Assembly (NCBI RefSeq): GCF_009834535.1
Contig: NC_045696.1
Coordinates: 41,108,001 to 41,172,000, forward strand
Direction: 5' to 3'
Source of the DNA: Camelus ferus
Lineage: Eukaryota
Length of the DNA: 64,000 nt
This document shows positions 1-12,843 of this stretch, in pieces. The first letter of the stretch is position 1, and the number at the start of each line of letters is the position of its first letter. Position numbers and translations under genes: made by a program. Below the pieces are notes generated by a model that saw only the letters and a list, made by a program, of their open reading frames with translations, was not told the DNA's origin and did no database searches.

Positions 1-124
1 AAGTTGCTGGTCTAATTTTTAAAGTCATTTTCTTAACTAAAGAGGCTAGAACATTGGCTTATGGGATTTTTCCTTGATTTCCAGGTATTAAATATTTTTA
101 GTTGGAATTCTGAATACAACCCCA

Positions 125-625
125 TGTTGGGGGACACAGCTGGGCTGGTGACGCAGGTTGGTAAAAAGAATTTACCAAAGGCAAGGGAAAGTTTAAGAAC
201 AAAGGAATGTTTAATAGGTTTGCTGCTACAGGCAACAGCAGGCCACACAGGCAAGAGTTTCATGCGTGTCCACCAAGTGTGAACGTACAGGGTCTTTTAT
301 TGAGGAAGGGGCTTTGAACCCAAAGGAATAGGGGAACAGACTTCTGACTGGCTATAAATGAGGTAAGGGGCTTTGGCATGTGGAGGATAGTGGATTTATG
401 ACTCCAGTAAGATGGAGACATGGACTAACACAAGCAAGGCAGTGGAATTTATGATTCTGATAAGGAGGAGACATGGGTTGAGACAAGTCAGCCTGAGCTA
501 TGGGGAGGCTAGTTATTTCAGGGCTGTCGATTTGCTAAGGCAAACACCTGCCAGGAGTTTATCTCCCAAAGAGGAGCAGGCAGTTGCCTAAGGGCTGGAA
601 GGCTGGGGATCACAGGGCCTCCACA
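125..625 (-). mobile_element. Probable ERV solo LTR
   Basis: TG…CA ends, near-TSD ccca/cgca, tttatt (minus-strand AATAAA) near 297, internal direct repeats. Confidence 0.5.
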
Positions 626-666
626 CGCACCAGTTGGCACTACACCCCATCCGTGGTCCTTGGTAA

Positions 667-1318
667 TGTTGCTGGTGTATGTAACCAGTGTCCAGGTTCT
701 TGTCCCGCCCCAGAAAGAATTCAGAGATGGGACATGTAGGTTAAGAAAGTGAAGTGGGGATATATTAAGGAATAGTTGTTACACTCTCAAGGGGAGAGCG
801 AGCAGGCTCAGGTGAGCAGCTGCCCTGAGTTTCTTTGGTAAGCTGGTTACATAGGCTGTAAACATGAATAGGCGGAATTTTCATTGTGGAGGGAAGGGTT
901 TGGGGTCGTGCTCCCTGATTTTCACCCTAACTCCACCTTCCCCAAGGAAGGAGGGATTTTTGTCCTCATTTAGTCTGGATCAGAAGTGTCATGGCATCAG
1001 TGCATGACGGGTACTTCTAATCTGCAGGGCTAGTTTTATTGAAATGAGGGCATAATGAGCAGAAGGTTACATTCAGACACTATAGATTCCTAACGTTTTC
1101 CACATTTCTTGGTTGGCCTCCAGGCTACTCATCACCCCCAAAAGTGTGATCACTTAGCCCAGAGGTTCCTGCTTTTCTTTTTCTATCTAAGGACCTGGTG
1201 CTTACATGGTGTGTGGTTTCCTGCTTTTGGCCCATGCTCCTCCTTTCTGCCCAAATCCTGCCATTTGGCCTGCGTCCCCCCTTCTCTGCTCATATCTAGT
1301 TATCTGCCTGCTCTAACA
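667..1318 (-). mobile_element. ERV1-type solo LTR (652 bp)
   Basis: TGTT…AACA termini and exact 4-bp TSD gtaa (663-666, 1319-1322). Confidence 0.75.
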
Positions 1319-1424
1319 GTAACATATGTTACTGAAGAACATTTGTGTGAAACATGGTGATGAAGAGTGTGTACGTGAGAGTTGGGGAAAAAAACTACAT
1401 GAGTAAGAGAGGAGAAAGCTATGA

Positions 1425-1628
1425 AGCCTCATTCAAATCCCAATGCTTCTGCTACTTACTGAGTAAACTTGACCGAATTACTCAAAATTTTTGTGCTTCA
1501 GTTTTCCTATTGTGGGAGTAATACTAAACCCTGCCTTATCAGGCTATTATGAGAATTAAATAGTTAATACATTTACAGGTTTAGGATGATTTCTGGTACT
1601 CTGCAACCACTCAATAAATGTTTGCTAG
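1425..1628 (+). mobile_element. MIR SINE
   Basis: MIR core-like tcaaatcc…cttcagttttcc…gagaattaaat…ctcaataaatgtt. Confidence 0.7.
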
Positions 1629-2799
1629 TATTTTTAATTTAAGAATTTTTAGGTAATTTAGCACACAGTTTGCTCCACTCCCTGATTTACACCCCGAAAG
1701 GATAGCACTGACCTAGAATGGACCTTTGGATCGAAACTCAACTTATCAAATTGAAGGTCTACAATAGGTTTAATCATTAAGTTCAGCTGACTAGCTCAAA
1801 ACAGAAAAAGAAACAGTTCTAAGAACTGTCATATCTTCCTGCATCTATTTTTCAATGTTTTTACTTTACTAGACCATTGGGGAAACTTTTATTAAAACAG
1901 TTAACTGGTTTATCAGAATATGTAAACAGGTAGTTAATACTGAACAACCTTTACCTTAAGTAAAGACTATGTATTTCATTGAAAATTTTTAGGTAATTTT
2001 CTTCCCACAAGGGAATAAACTTACATAAACACTGTCCTCTCATTTAAGAGTGAACTTTATCTTCACCCAAATATGTCAAATTCCTGGCCTGGGACAAATG
2101 ACAGTTGCCTGGATTTTTAAAGCCCTGGAGACTCTGAGCCAGACATGTCTTTGAGTAAGGAAAGGTATTTTTATTCTCCCACTCAATCAAACTAGAATTT
2201 TCAAAATAGATTCTAATTTTGTCTAGTTTGGGAGAAGAAATGCAATTCATGTTTTCCATTTGGAATTTTTAATATTTTATGCTACTTTTTCAAGCAACAG
2301 GAAGTGTGAGTGTCATATACGTCCTGCATTTAATTTTCCATGATGTATAGGAAAGAGGTTAAAATAGGGCTAGTATTTATGGAAATATTACTTGTTACAA
2401 TTTAAAAGAATGTGAGAAAATATTATTATCATCACATTGGTGTTGTAAAAGAAAAATACTGCTATTAAATGTGTTCCAGCATACGGATCCTCAGGTAAAA
2501 TGACGCTGATGCTCACTCTCCTGTTACCCCTGTGGTGAAGGTGGCCACAGCGAGAAGGACCAGGAGCCCCTGATCACTAACCAAGAGACCTGAATTCTAG
2601 TCCCCACTCAGCTACCAAGCAATTATTCATCTGCAAAGTGTTACTCTTTACGGAGAATGTACTCTCTACATATTCTTTATGTAGAATGAGGAAGCTGGGC
2701 TAATGAACAGCTGTTCTCAGTTTGGTGAGTCCATAATTCTAAGAAAGTAGTTCTAGGATATACACAAGCCACTTAATCTTTCTGGGTGTGACTTTCTTT

Positions 2800-3328
2800 T
2801 TTGAAAATTTATTTATTTTTTAAATTCAAGTATAGTCAGTTTACAATGTTGTATCAATAATCGGTGTGCAGCATAATGCTTCAGTCATACATATACATAT
2901 ATATATTTGTTTTCATGTTCTTTTTCATTATAGGTTACCACAAGATATTGAATATAGTTTCCTGTGCTATACAGAAAAACTTGTTGTTTATCTATTTAAT
3001 ATATAGTAGTTAGTATGTACAAATCTTGAACTCCCAATTTACCCCTTCCCAACCCCTTCCCCCCTGGTAACCATGAGTTTGTTTTCTATGTCTCTGAGTC
3101 TGTTTCTGTTTTGTAAATAAGTTCATTTGTGTCTTTTTTTTCCTTTTAAGATGCCACATATAAGTGATATCATGTGGTATTTTTCTTTCTCTTTCTGGCT
3201 TACTTCACTTAGAATGACAATCTCCAGGTCCATTCATGTTGCTGCAAAAGGCACTATTTTATTCTTTTTTATGGCTGAGTAGTATTCCATTGTATAAATA
3301 TGCTAAAATTTCTTTATCCAGTCATCTG
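2800..3328 (-). mobile_element. L1 3'-end fragment
   Basis: Similar to the 3' end of the L1 at 43.4-43.9 kb; TSD tgggtgtga(c/t)tttcttt at 2783-2799 and 3329-3345. Confidence 0.88.
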
Positions 3329-4902
3329 TGGGTGTGATTTTCTTTACTTAAAACACAGTGGCTTAAAAATACTAATACTACTTTTGCTATATTTTGTGGG
3401 TAATTCAGGTATTTCAGAGGATAGGGCCCTGAACTGGGGAGCACAAGGTGTTAAAATGTGATTATAACTGAGAAGTGGACAGTCGAGCCTGGGCTTGATG
3501 TTCTCAAACAAAATGTAAGTGGCAAATAAGCCAGACAGCAAATATTTGTCAGGTACTTTCTATGCATCTGGCATTGTGCTAGGACCTGGAGATAGGAGCT
3601 GTAGCCCTTCTCTAAAGGAAGTCAGAATACTCAGTAAGTATAAGATGTGATTCTTGAGTAATGGCAAAAAGGCAGACTTGCGTAGACATGGATAGATGTC
3701 TTTCCTGTTTATAAACATAAACATATATAAACAAATTATGAATAAAATGTAAAAATAATTCAAAAATATAGCAGGCTTTCTGTCTTGAAGGGAAATTCCA
3801 GGTGTTATAAACAAAGAGAAAATCAATACCCTAAAGGTGGGCAGACATTGGCATAAGCCCTAGAGTCTGGGGGCTGTGGCTTCAAGGCACACATGGTCAT
3901 AGGAAGCATGACTTCCATCCTGTGTGAAGTGGAAAAGCTGGACCAGAACCACAGGGATAAACCCTGAAGCCTTAAAAAGTTGCTTCAACCATGAAAAGGA
4001 GATTAGAAAAGTTCTGCTCACTAACCCAGAGAAGCATTAAATAGCTCTATCATCTGTTCAGGGACAAGAGTAGGAAAAGAAAAAAAAAAGTCATTACGAG
4101 TAATTGAAACCCCAGGCTACAGAATCTGCACTTGTCTTACCTTCAGTGCAGAAAGCCCCAGTGAGACATTATCCTGAAACTAGGTTGACAACTACTGATG
4201 GTACCCCAAGATCAGAACAGAAGTCATCACGACATTTTCTTTGGAAATATTGTCACAAATAGAATCCATAAAACTCTCATGGAAGAACAATAAATAAGAT
4301 AAAGGTGAATTTACAGTCCAAAATTACAAATGAACCACGATGGAGAGACATGAAATGCAGCCAACAGGATTAACCCTTCCTGAACTGTATATAACAAAAC
4401 CATCTGAAAGAGAATATAAAATATTTTAAAAATGGTTTAAAAGTTAAAAATACAGAAGGAAAAATCACAATAAAAGAAAAAGTACTTTTAAAAAGATAGA
4501 ATTTGAAAAAGAACCAAATAGTACTTCTTTAATGAAAAATAAAGTGATAATAATAAAAAAAATTAATGAGTAGATTTAAAAGGTTAGAAATTATTAAAGA
4601 GAGAACTAGGGAGATGGAAGAAAATCTGAAGAAATTACCTATACTGCAATAGAGCAATATAAAGAATTGTTAACTAAGAAATAAGACTAGGAAACTTGAT
4701 GTATATAAGGCTAAATTTCAACAGGATCCCCCAGAAATTCCAGACAACAGAGAATATGGGAGAGACAAAATTGGAACAAGTAAGAATTTTCTTTGAAGAG
4801 TGACTGAATTTGAAGCAAGGAAAACAAAAACAAATCCATATCGCGGTAAAACTGCAGAGCATCAGGTAAAAAAAACCTTAAAAAATGAATAACAATTAGA
4901 CA

Positions 4903-6301
4903 CAACCAGCTGATTCTGGTAAAGAAAGACTCTGTGGCTGGGGTTGCTGCAGCCACGATTGCCCAGTGAGGACCTGAGCCGAACAGTCATTGTCAGAATG
5001 TTGAGCAAAGACTGAAACTGAAATCTTTCCCAGGCGAATGGCCCAGACTATTGTGAAAGATCAGTTAAAAGGAGACAGACAGGTCGAAACCCCCTGAAGA
5101 TAAAATCTGATGTGTTAGCTCTTCGATTTTGACAGATCCTTAAGAAGATAACAGAGACTCAAATGTTGCTGGGTGCAGTGATGATAGAAGCTGTCTTTTC
5201 CCTTGCTGAAGCCAAGTTCACAGTAGGAGACTTCAGCATCACAGTTATCCAACATGTAAATAAAGCCCAAGTGAAGATTAGAGCAAAGAAAGAAAATGTA
5301 GCATTGTTACTTTGCCTGTATTTGAACATTACCATGAAGGACTTGGCAGTTATGAACTGACTGGTTTAGCCAGAGGTGGCACACAGTTGGATAAACTGAA
5401 GAGGAATTATGCCAAAGAAGTGGATCTACTGGTGGAACTATCTTTGCAACAGACATCCTTTATTACTATGGATGAAGCTATTAAGATAACCAGCAGGTGT
5501 GTAAATGCCATTGACCATGTCATCATTCCCCAGACTGAACATACCCTTGCTTATATCATCACAAAGCTGGATGGGAGAGAGTGAGAAGAGTTCTACAGGT
5601 TAAAGAAAATACAAGAGAAGGAAAAGATTCTCAAGGAAAAGTCTGAGAAGGGCTTGGAGCAACGGAGGGCAGCTGGAGAGTGATGGAGCCTGCTAATCTT
5701 CTGGCTGAAGAGAAGGATGAGGATCTACTATTTGAATAAGCTTTCCAACTGTGGTTCTTTCAGAAGCCCTAACACAGCACCATTTTTAATTCACAGTATG
5801 TAGGTTTGGTATGTGTGGCTTAAGAATTTCACTGGTTGTAAAATTTCCCTGAATATCTGTTTATGGGTTTATCTTTGCAGAATCATTATTCAGCAACTAG
5901 TGAGATTTGGAGAACCTGCCCAGGAACTTGTAGAATTTATTCTGCAGAAGTGTCACTCTACTCCATTTATATGTGTGTTACAAGTGATCTTCTTACTAAG
6001 CATATTAAGAAATTCCCCTTAGAACTGACTGTATTTCAATTAAAAAAAAAAAAAAGAGAAATTCCCCTTAGGAAACAGCAGTGGTCCCAGGCCTTATTCC
6101 TACCCAGTTGCTCACCCTGGCAGTGTTATCTGAGATTGCTGCAGCCATCCTTGTGTTAGTTACTATGGTACTTCTCAAGCTTTATGAAAACCTTCACTTA
6201 TTTCTTCCTGGAATGACAGGTCCCTGTCCTGTCTGTCTTGGGAACAGTTCTGCCAATTCAAATGTGACTATCGCATAAACAGTAAAGTGATTTAAAAATG
6301 A
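4903..6301 (+). pseudogene. ATP6V1D: Processed pseudogene of V-ATPase V1 subunit D (5'UTR, disrupted CDS 4998-5739, 3'UTR)
   Basis: Intronless homology (FSLAEAKFT, VNKAQVKIRAKK, PVFEHYHEG, YELTGLARGG, EEKDEDLLFE*). It has premature TGA stops and frameshifts. TSD aaaaaatgaataacaattagaca at 4880-4902 and 6302-6324. Confidence 0.95.
6023..6056 (+). mobile_element. ~34-bp extreme 3' end of an L1 with polyA, inside the pseudogene 3'UTR
   Basis: aactgactgtatttcaatt+A14 resembles the L1 3' end at 13590-13616; exact 15-bp TSD agaaattccccttag at 6008-6022 and 6057-6071. Confidence 0.8.
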
Positions 6302-6673
6302 AAAAAATGAATAACAATTAGACAAGAAAAATTAATCAGCAACAACAAATTATAGAAAACAGTGGGATAATATTCTCAAAGTGACGCCAACCCAGAATCC
6401 CATACCTTATGAGACTGACAATCAAGGGTAAGGGTAAAATAAAAGCATTTTCAGGTAAACTTTGGGGAATCTATCATTCACAGACCCTAACTGAAAGAAT
6501 GATGAAATCATCTGCTTCAGAAAGCAAGAAATTGAACCTAGAAGGAACAAATCCATCATGGCAAGCGAAGAAACTGACAACTTTTTGCTAGATCTAAATA
6601 ACCATTGATTGTTTTCTATATCTTAAAAGACTAGTATTACAGGGGATTTAAAAACTAGGTGGTTACTAAAATA

Positions 6674-6835
6674 CAGCTGGCCCTCCATATCTGTAGGTTT
6701 GCATCCACAGATAAAGGGAGGTCTGAACATACTATGTCACTTTATATATATAAAGTAACTTTGAGCATTCGTGGATTTTGTGTTCATGAGGGTCCTGAAA
6801 CCAGTCAATCCCCTGCTGATACTGAGGAACATCTG
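6674..6835. mobile_element. MER2-like TcMar-Tigger DNA transposon relic
   Basis: TA flanks (6672-73, 6836-37), cag…ctg imperfect terminal inverted repeats. Confidence 0.65.
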
Positions 6836-8039
6836 TACTAGAAAACAATGAAATAGAGAAAATAAATAATACCACTGAAAGCAGAAAAGTGAGCGGGGAT
6901 GGGTGGAAAAATAAGATAAAAATAACAAACACAATAAATTTAGGTACTTTAAACTCACCTGTTTAAGCAAAGATATTGTCATAGATGTCATTGAAGCTAA
7001 CCAACATGTAGCTTGTGCTGTTTATGAGACAGTGAACATTTAAAGACACATAAAAGGTGAATAGAAAATGATGATAAAATCAACCCTAGGCAAATACTGT
7101 CCAACCCAAAAGAAAGCTGGGTTAGCAATATTAATATCAGAAAAAATAGACTCTAAGACAAAAAATATTATGAAGAATAAAAGTTTTACTACTCAGAGAC
7201 AGAAGAAGTAATCCAACACAGGAAGGATCAATGATTCTGTGCCTATATGCATCACATAAACACAGACTCAAAATATATAAAGCAAAATGGCAAAATTATA
7301 CAGATAAATACACAAATTTACAATTGGGGAACTTGAGTCTAATGCTTTCCTGTGAGAAACTGATAGATCAAGCAGAGAAAATCAATAAGGATTCAGAAAT
7401 TTGAAAAACGTATCTAACGAACTGGATACTATTAGTGGATTTGTATATTTGAATTGCCACAATCAATGGTGAATATATATTATTTTCAGAAGAAAGTCTT
7501 GGTGAGTCCCAAAGAACCAGTTCCAGAGATGATGTTCTCTGACTACAATACGATACAATAAGAATGCACTGAATAAAAAGCCAAGAAAATTCCAGTACAT
7601 GTAGAAAAAAAAAACATTTTAAATAATTCAAAAAAAAAATAAAAATTACAAAATACTTAAAAAGTCAAAAGATGAAAGTAAAAAAAAAAAAGAAAAATGA
7701 GGTAATAGCTGAGAATTTAAAAAAATTTTAAAAAGCCAGTGGAAGCTTTCTATATCACGACTTCTGGGCATAGCTAAAAATATAGTTAGAATGAGATTTA
7801 TGATGTTAGGTATATATTAAAAAGCTCAACAGAATGAAAATTAGTGATCTAAGCATTCTAACTTAAAAAGTTAAAAAAAGAGCCAGTTTGAAGGAAGTAT
7901 GTTTTGCAGTCATGAACATAAATGTTTGGCAGTAATGAAAATAAGACTAAATCAATTGCGATATAAATCCAGGAAACAAGAGCAGAGGTCAACAAAACCA
8001 AAGGCTAGTTTTTTGAGAAGATGAATTTAAATAGATAAA

Positions 8040-8530
8040 TTCACGGCGAGATACGTCAAGACAAAAAAAGGCATGTTGAAGCCATATGCATAAAAATAAA
8101 GGGGCCACGACACAGAGAAGTGTGAGGCCAGGCGGCCACGCCCACCCAGGTCCTCCCAGGCCAGCCCACGCTCTTCCATCCGGGTCCTCAGACCCCTGCT
8201 CGGCTTCCCAGGTCTGTGCCTGCGTCTCCCCAGTCATCCTCAAAGAGGTCGGCCGCACTGCTTGTGCCTCCCTGACCGCGACGGGTGGCTGTTCACAGGC
8301 CTGTTCAGAGGCGGTGTGAAAAGAGCTGGGGGGTGTGGGCTGGGGCGTCGGCGTGCGTGAGCGCAAGGTCCCCCAAGTGCGGGCCAAGACGGAGAGGGAA
8401 GCTGCAGCCCGGATCTGCTCGCCACATTCTGACGTGGGGCTCCAAGGGATCCACAATTTCTGAATTCAGACCTGGACTTCCAGGTCCTGACGAAGGTATG
8501 TTTATCGTGGCATTAAAATCGAGTTTTACG
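8040..8530. promoter_or_regulatory. Small CpG-island-like segment in intron 1
   Basis: About 30 CpGs in ~490 bp by manual count, against a CpG-poor AT-rich background; KLF/SP-type motifs. Confidence 0.5.
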
Positions 8531-8539
8531 TTTACTTTT

Positions 8540-8668
8540 TTGTTTTTCTTTTTTGGGGGGCGGGGGAGGGGGGTCCCTGATTTTTTTAAAAAGTATTTTC
8601 ATTTATTGGAGGTACAGGGGGTTGAACCCAGGACCTTCTGCATGCTAAGCACTGCTCTACCCCCTCCA
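8540..8668 (-). mobile_element. tRNA-derived SINE (Vic-1-like)
   Basis: Reverse complement of tRNA-like head (ggttgaacccaggacc…gctaagca…ctctacc) with T-rich tail. Confidence 0.75.
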
Positions 8669-11600
8669 ACCTGCTTACTTTATTATATACATGGTATGTA
8701 GGTCTTCATTGTACTTTGTCTCAGTCCCCGCATATGGCTGCGTTGTTGGTTAAAATACAAATTAATATAACCCCTGTGGGGCAAAATGACAAGTGTGTGC
8801 TCTCTGGCTCAGAAATTACATTTCTGGAAATTTATACTAGAGATGAATTTGTACATTTGCAAAATACACAATGCAATTTTGAAGCAACAATTGAAAACAA
8901 CACAAGTGTCATCAATAAGAGGTTAGTTTGTTAAATTAGGGCACAGTCATGCAACGGAATATAATGCAGCTGTAAAAGAAGATGTGAAAGTTCTCTATGA
9001 ACGATTTTGAAAGGATTTTGGATATTCATTATGTGCAAGGGTAAGCTACAGAAAAGAGGGAGAAAATAAGACTAGATTCACATTTGCTTGCAGAAGAAAG
9101 ATTAGAGAAAATGAATAGAAATTATTATTTGTGTATAGAAAGGAATTCAAAGGATTTCAGCTCTTTTTGCAAAGTTTTATTGCTCATTAAAAAAATCTGA
9201 AGCAAATCTGAGATAAAGTTACTATTAAAATTGGATTTTGGGTAGTTGGAGATGTTTTATTGTTTTCTGTACTTTGTGCATTTGAAGTCTTATAATTTAA
9301 AAATATTTGCATATTTCTTTGGTTACATAGAAAAGTCTGTCACATAGCAATTACAATTAAATTTCTCTTGCTAGATTGTAAGCTCTTTGAAATCAGGATC
9401 CATATCTTATATTTCTAACTATTAGACTATTTTTAGAGCAGTTTAGGTTTACAGAAAAATTAGCAGAAAGTACAGAGTTCTTAGTTTCTCCCTCTCTCAT
9501 CACTCCTCCCCCTCCAGTTTCTCTCACCATTAATATTTTGTATTAGTGTGTTGCTTTTGTTACGAGGATGAACCAATGTTGATACATTTTTATTAATTAA
9601 ATAGTTGATCGGATTCAGTCTTATTCACTGTTACAGTATCATGCAGACTAGTTCAGTGCCCTAAAAATCCACTGTGCGTCACATAGTCATTCCTCCCTTC
9701 TCCAACCCCTGATGTTTTTACAATCTCTATAGATTTGCCTTTTCCAGAATAACATCTGAAATCATATAGGATTTAACCTTTTCTGACTGGCTCATTTCGC
9801 TTAGTTAAATGTATTTAAGATTCATCTATATCTTTGGGGGGCATCATAATAACATTTCTTTTTATGACAATAATATTCCATTGTACTGGATACACTACAG
9901 GGTTGTTTTTTTTTTTTTTTTAATCCATTCCCCTATTGAAGGACATCTTGTTTGCTTCTAGGTTTTGGTGATTGTATATATAGCTGCTATAAACATTCAC
10001 ATTCAGCATTTTGTTTTCATTTATTTGGGTAGTTACTTGGGAGCACAATTGCTGAATTGCATGGTAGAACTGTGTGTTGCTTTGTAAGAAACTGCCTGTG
10101 CCATTTTGCATTCCCATCAGCAAAGAATGAGAGTTCCTGTTGCTCCACAGTCCTGGCCAGCATTTGGTGTTGACAATGTTTTGGATTTTAGTATGGAATT
10201 AGAATCAGAAAATATGTTATCTCATTGTTGATTACATTTGCAATTCTCTAGTGGCATGTGATGTTGAACATCTTTTCATATGCTTATTTACCATTTGTAT
10301 ATCTTCTTTGGAGAGATGTCTGTTCGTATGCTTTGCCCACTTTTTAATTGGGCTGGTGTTTTCTTATTGTTGGGTCTTTAAGGGTTCTTTGTGTATTTTG
10401 GATACCAGTCCTTTGTCAGATATGTGATTTAGAAATATTTTCTCCCTATTTACATTTGAGAGAATGGGCCATAGAAGGTATCTTTTGAACTACCTCACAG
10501 ACCTGTCCATATTTTCTAAGGGGAAGAAAGCAATAATTGTCTACATGTTTTTTCTAGAAAGATTTTCTCTCATTCTGTGGCTTCTCTTTACATTCTCTTA
10601 ACAACGTCTTTTGCAGAGCAGAAGTTTTTCATTTTAATGAAGTCCAAACTATCAGTTCCTTCATGAATTGTGCTTTTGGTGTTCTATCTAAAAAGTTATC
10701 ATCAAACCCAAGGTCACCTAGATTTTCTCCTGTGTTATCTTCTAGAAGTTTGATAGTTTTGCATTTTACATTTAGATCTATGACCCACTTTGAGTTTTTT
10801 TGTGAAAGCTGTAAGTCTGAATCTGGACTTTCTTTTTTTACATGTAGTTGTCTAATTTTTCCAGCAACGTTTATTGAAAAGACAGTCCTTTCTCCATTGA
10901 ACTGCCCTTGCTCATTTGTCAAAGATCAATTGACCATATCTGTGTGGTGTGTTTATAGACTGTTCTGTTCTATTGATCTATTTGTTTCTTCTTTTGCCAA
11001 TAGCATACTGTGTTGATTACTATAGCTTTTAGGGTGTCTTGAAATCACATATTGTCAGAAGCTTCAGCTTTGTTCTTCTTTAATTGTGTTGGCTATTCTG
11101 GAACTTTTGCATGTCCATATAAACTTTACAATCATTTTGTTGTTGTCCACAAAATCATTTGCTGGAATTTTGATTGGAATTGCATTGAATCTATAGATCA
11201 AGTTGTGAAAAATTGATAATCTAAACAATAGTTAGTCTTCCTATCTGTGAGCATGGAATATCTCTCCATTTATGTAGAGCTTCTTTGATTTCTTTTATTG
11301 GAAGTTTGTAATTTTCTTCATATAGATTATATACATATCTATTAGATTTATACTTATGTATGTCTTTCTTTTTCTTTTCTTTTTTTTTCGTGTGTGCTCA
11401 TGTAAATGGTACTGTGTTTTAAGATATAAATCCAGTAGCTCATTGCTAGTATATAGGGAAGCAGTGTACTTTTGCATATTGATCATGTATGTCAAAATCA
11501 TGCTATATTTACTTACTAGTTCCAAGAGGTTTTTGAGTTGTTGCTGTTTTTGTGTTTGTTTTTATTTTTTGGTGTGTGTGTGTGTGTGAAAATCTTAGGG

Positions 11601-12799
11601 ATTTTCTGCGTAGACAATCATGAATGAAGACTTTAATTTTTTTCCCTCCCAAACTGAGTATCTTTTTGTTTTTCGTACCTTATTGCATAAGTTGATGCAG
11701 TATAATGTTGAGTAGGAGTGGTGAGAAGAGACATTTTTGCCATGTTCTCAATCTTAGAGGAAAGCATCTAAGTTCTCAACATTAATATGAGGTTGGCTGT
11801 AAGTTTTATGTAGATATTCTGTAACAAGTTGATGTGGTTTCTCTATATCCCTTCTTTGCTAAGGGGCTTTTTTTTTTAATCATGAATTTGGGTTGGATTT
11901 TGTTAAAGGCTTTTTCTGTGTCTATTGATATGATCATGTGGTTTTTTCTTCATTAGCCTGTTGATCTAATGAATTACATTAGTTGATTTTCCAGTGTTGA
12001 AACAGACTTGCATAACTGGGATAAGTCCCAATTCATCATGGTGTATAATTCTTTGTATACACTGTTGGATTCAAGTTGATAAATTTTGCATGTATTTTGA
12101 GGATTTTTGCATTTATATTCATGAGAGATATTGATATATAATTTTCCTTTCTTGTAATGGCTTTGTCTGATTTTGGTATTAGAGTAATGCCAGCCTCATA
12201 AAATGAGCTAGGAAGTGCTACTTCTGCTTCTGTTTTCTGGAAGAGGGTACAAGATTGATATCATTTCTTTCTTAAATGTTTGATAGAATTCACCAACGAA
12301 CCCATCTGGACCTAGTGCTTTCTGTTTTGAAAGGTTATTAATTATTGAGTTGGTTTCTTTATCAATATAAACCTATTCAGATGACATTTTTCTCCTTGTA
12401 TGAGTTTGGTAGATTGTGTCCTTAAAGAAATTGGTCCATTTCATACAGGTGATCAAATTTGTGGGCATATGCCTATTAACAATATTCCTTTATTATTCTT
12501 TTCATGGGATCAGTAGTGATGACCCTTCTTTCATATATAATATTAGCAATTTGTGCCTTCTCTCTTTTTCATGGTTAGACTGGCTAGAGATATATCAATT
12601 TTAGTGGTCTTTTCAAGTAACTAGCTTTTAGTTCCATTACTTTTCTCTATTAATTTTGTCTTTCCAACTTCATTGATTTCTGCCCTGATTTTAAAAGATT
12701 ATTTGTATTCTTACTTTTCCTTCAGACTTAATTTGATCTTCTTTCTAGTTTCCTAAGGTGGAACCTTAGATGGTTTATCTTAGATCTTTCTTCTTTTCT

Positions 12800-12843
12800 T
12801 TTTTAACATTTTTTATTGAGTTACAGTCATTTTACAATGTTGT
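12800..12843 (-). mobile_element. Tiny L1 3'-end insertion
   Basis: ttttaacattttttattgagttacagtcattttacaatgttgt matches the young L1 tail; degenerate TSD at 12783-12799 and 12844-12860. Confidence 0.6.

Larger units (their letters stand above)
4200..8090 (+). mobile_element. Old degenerate L1 (ORF1/ORF2 remnants) interrupted by the pseudogene and a MER2-like element
   Basis: A-rich; ORF2-like stretches gaaagctgggttagcaatattaatatcagaaaaaatagac and caacaaaaccaaaggctagttttttgagaag; boundaries approximate. Confidence 0.7.

Noticed and set aside
7989..8456. 155-aa minus-strand ORF
   Set aside because: No recognisable homology; GC richness explains the lack of stops, and its 3' end runs into L1 sequence
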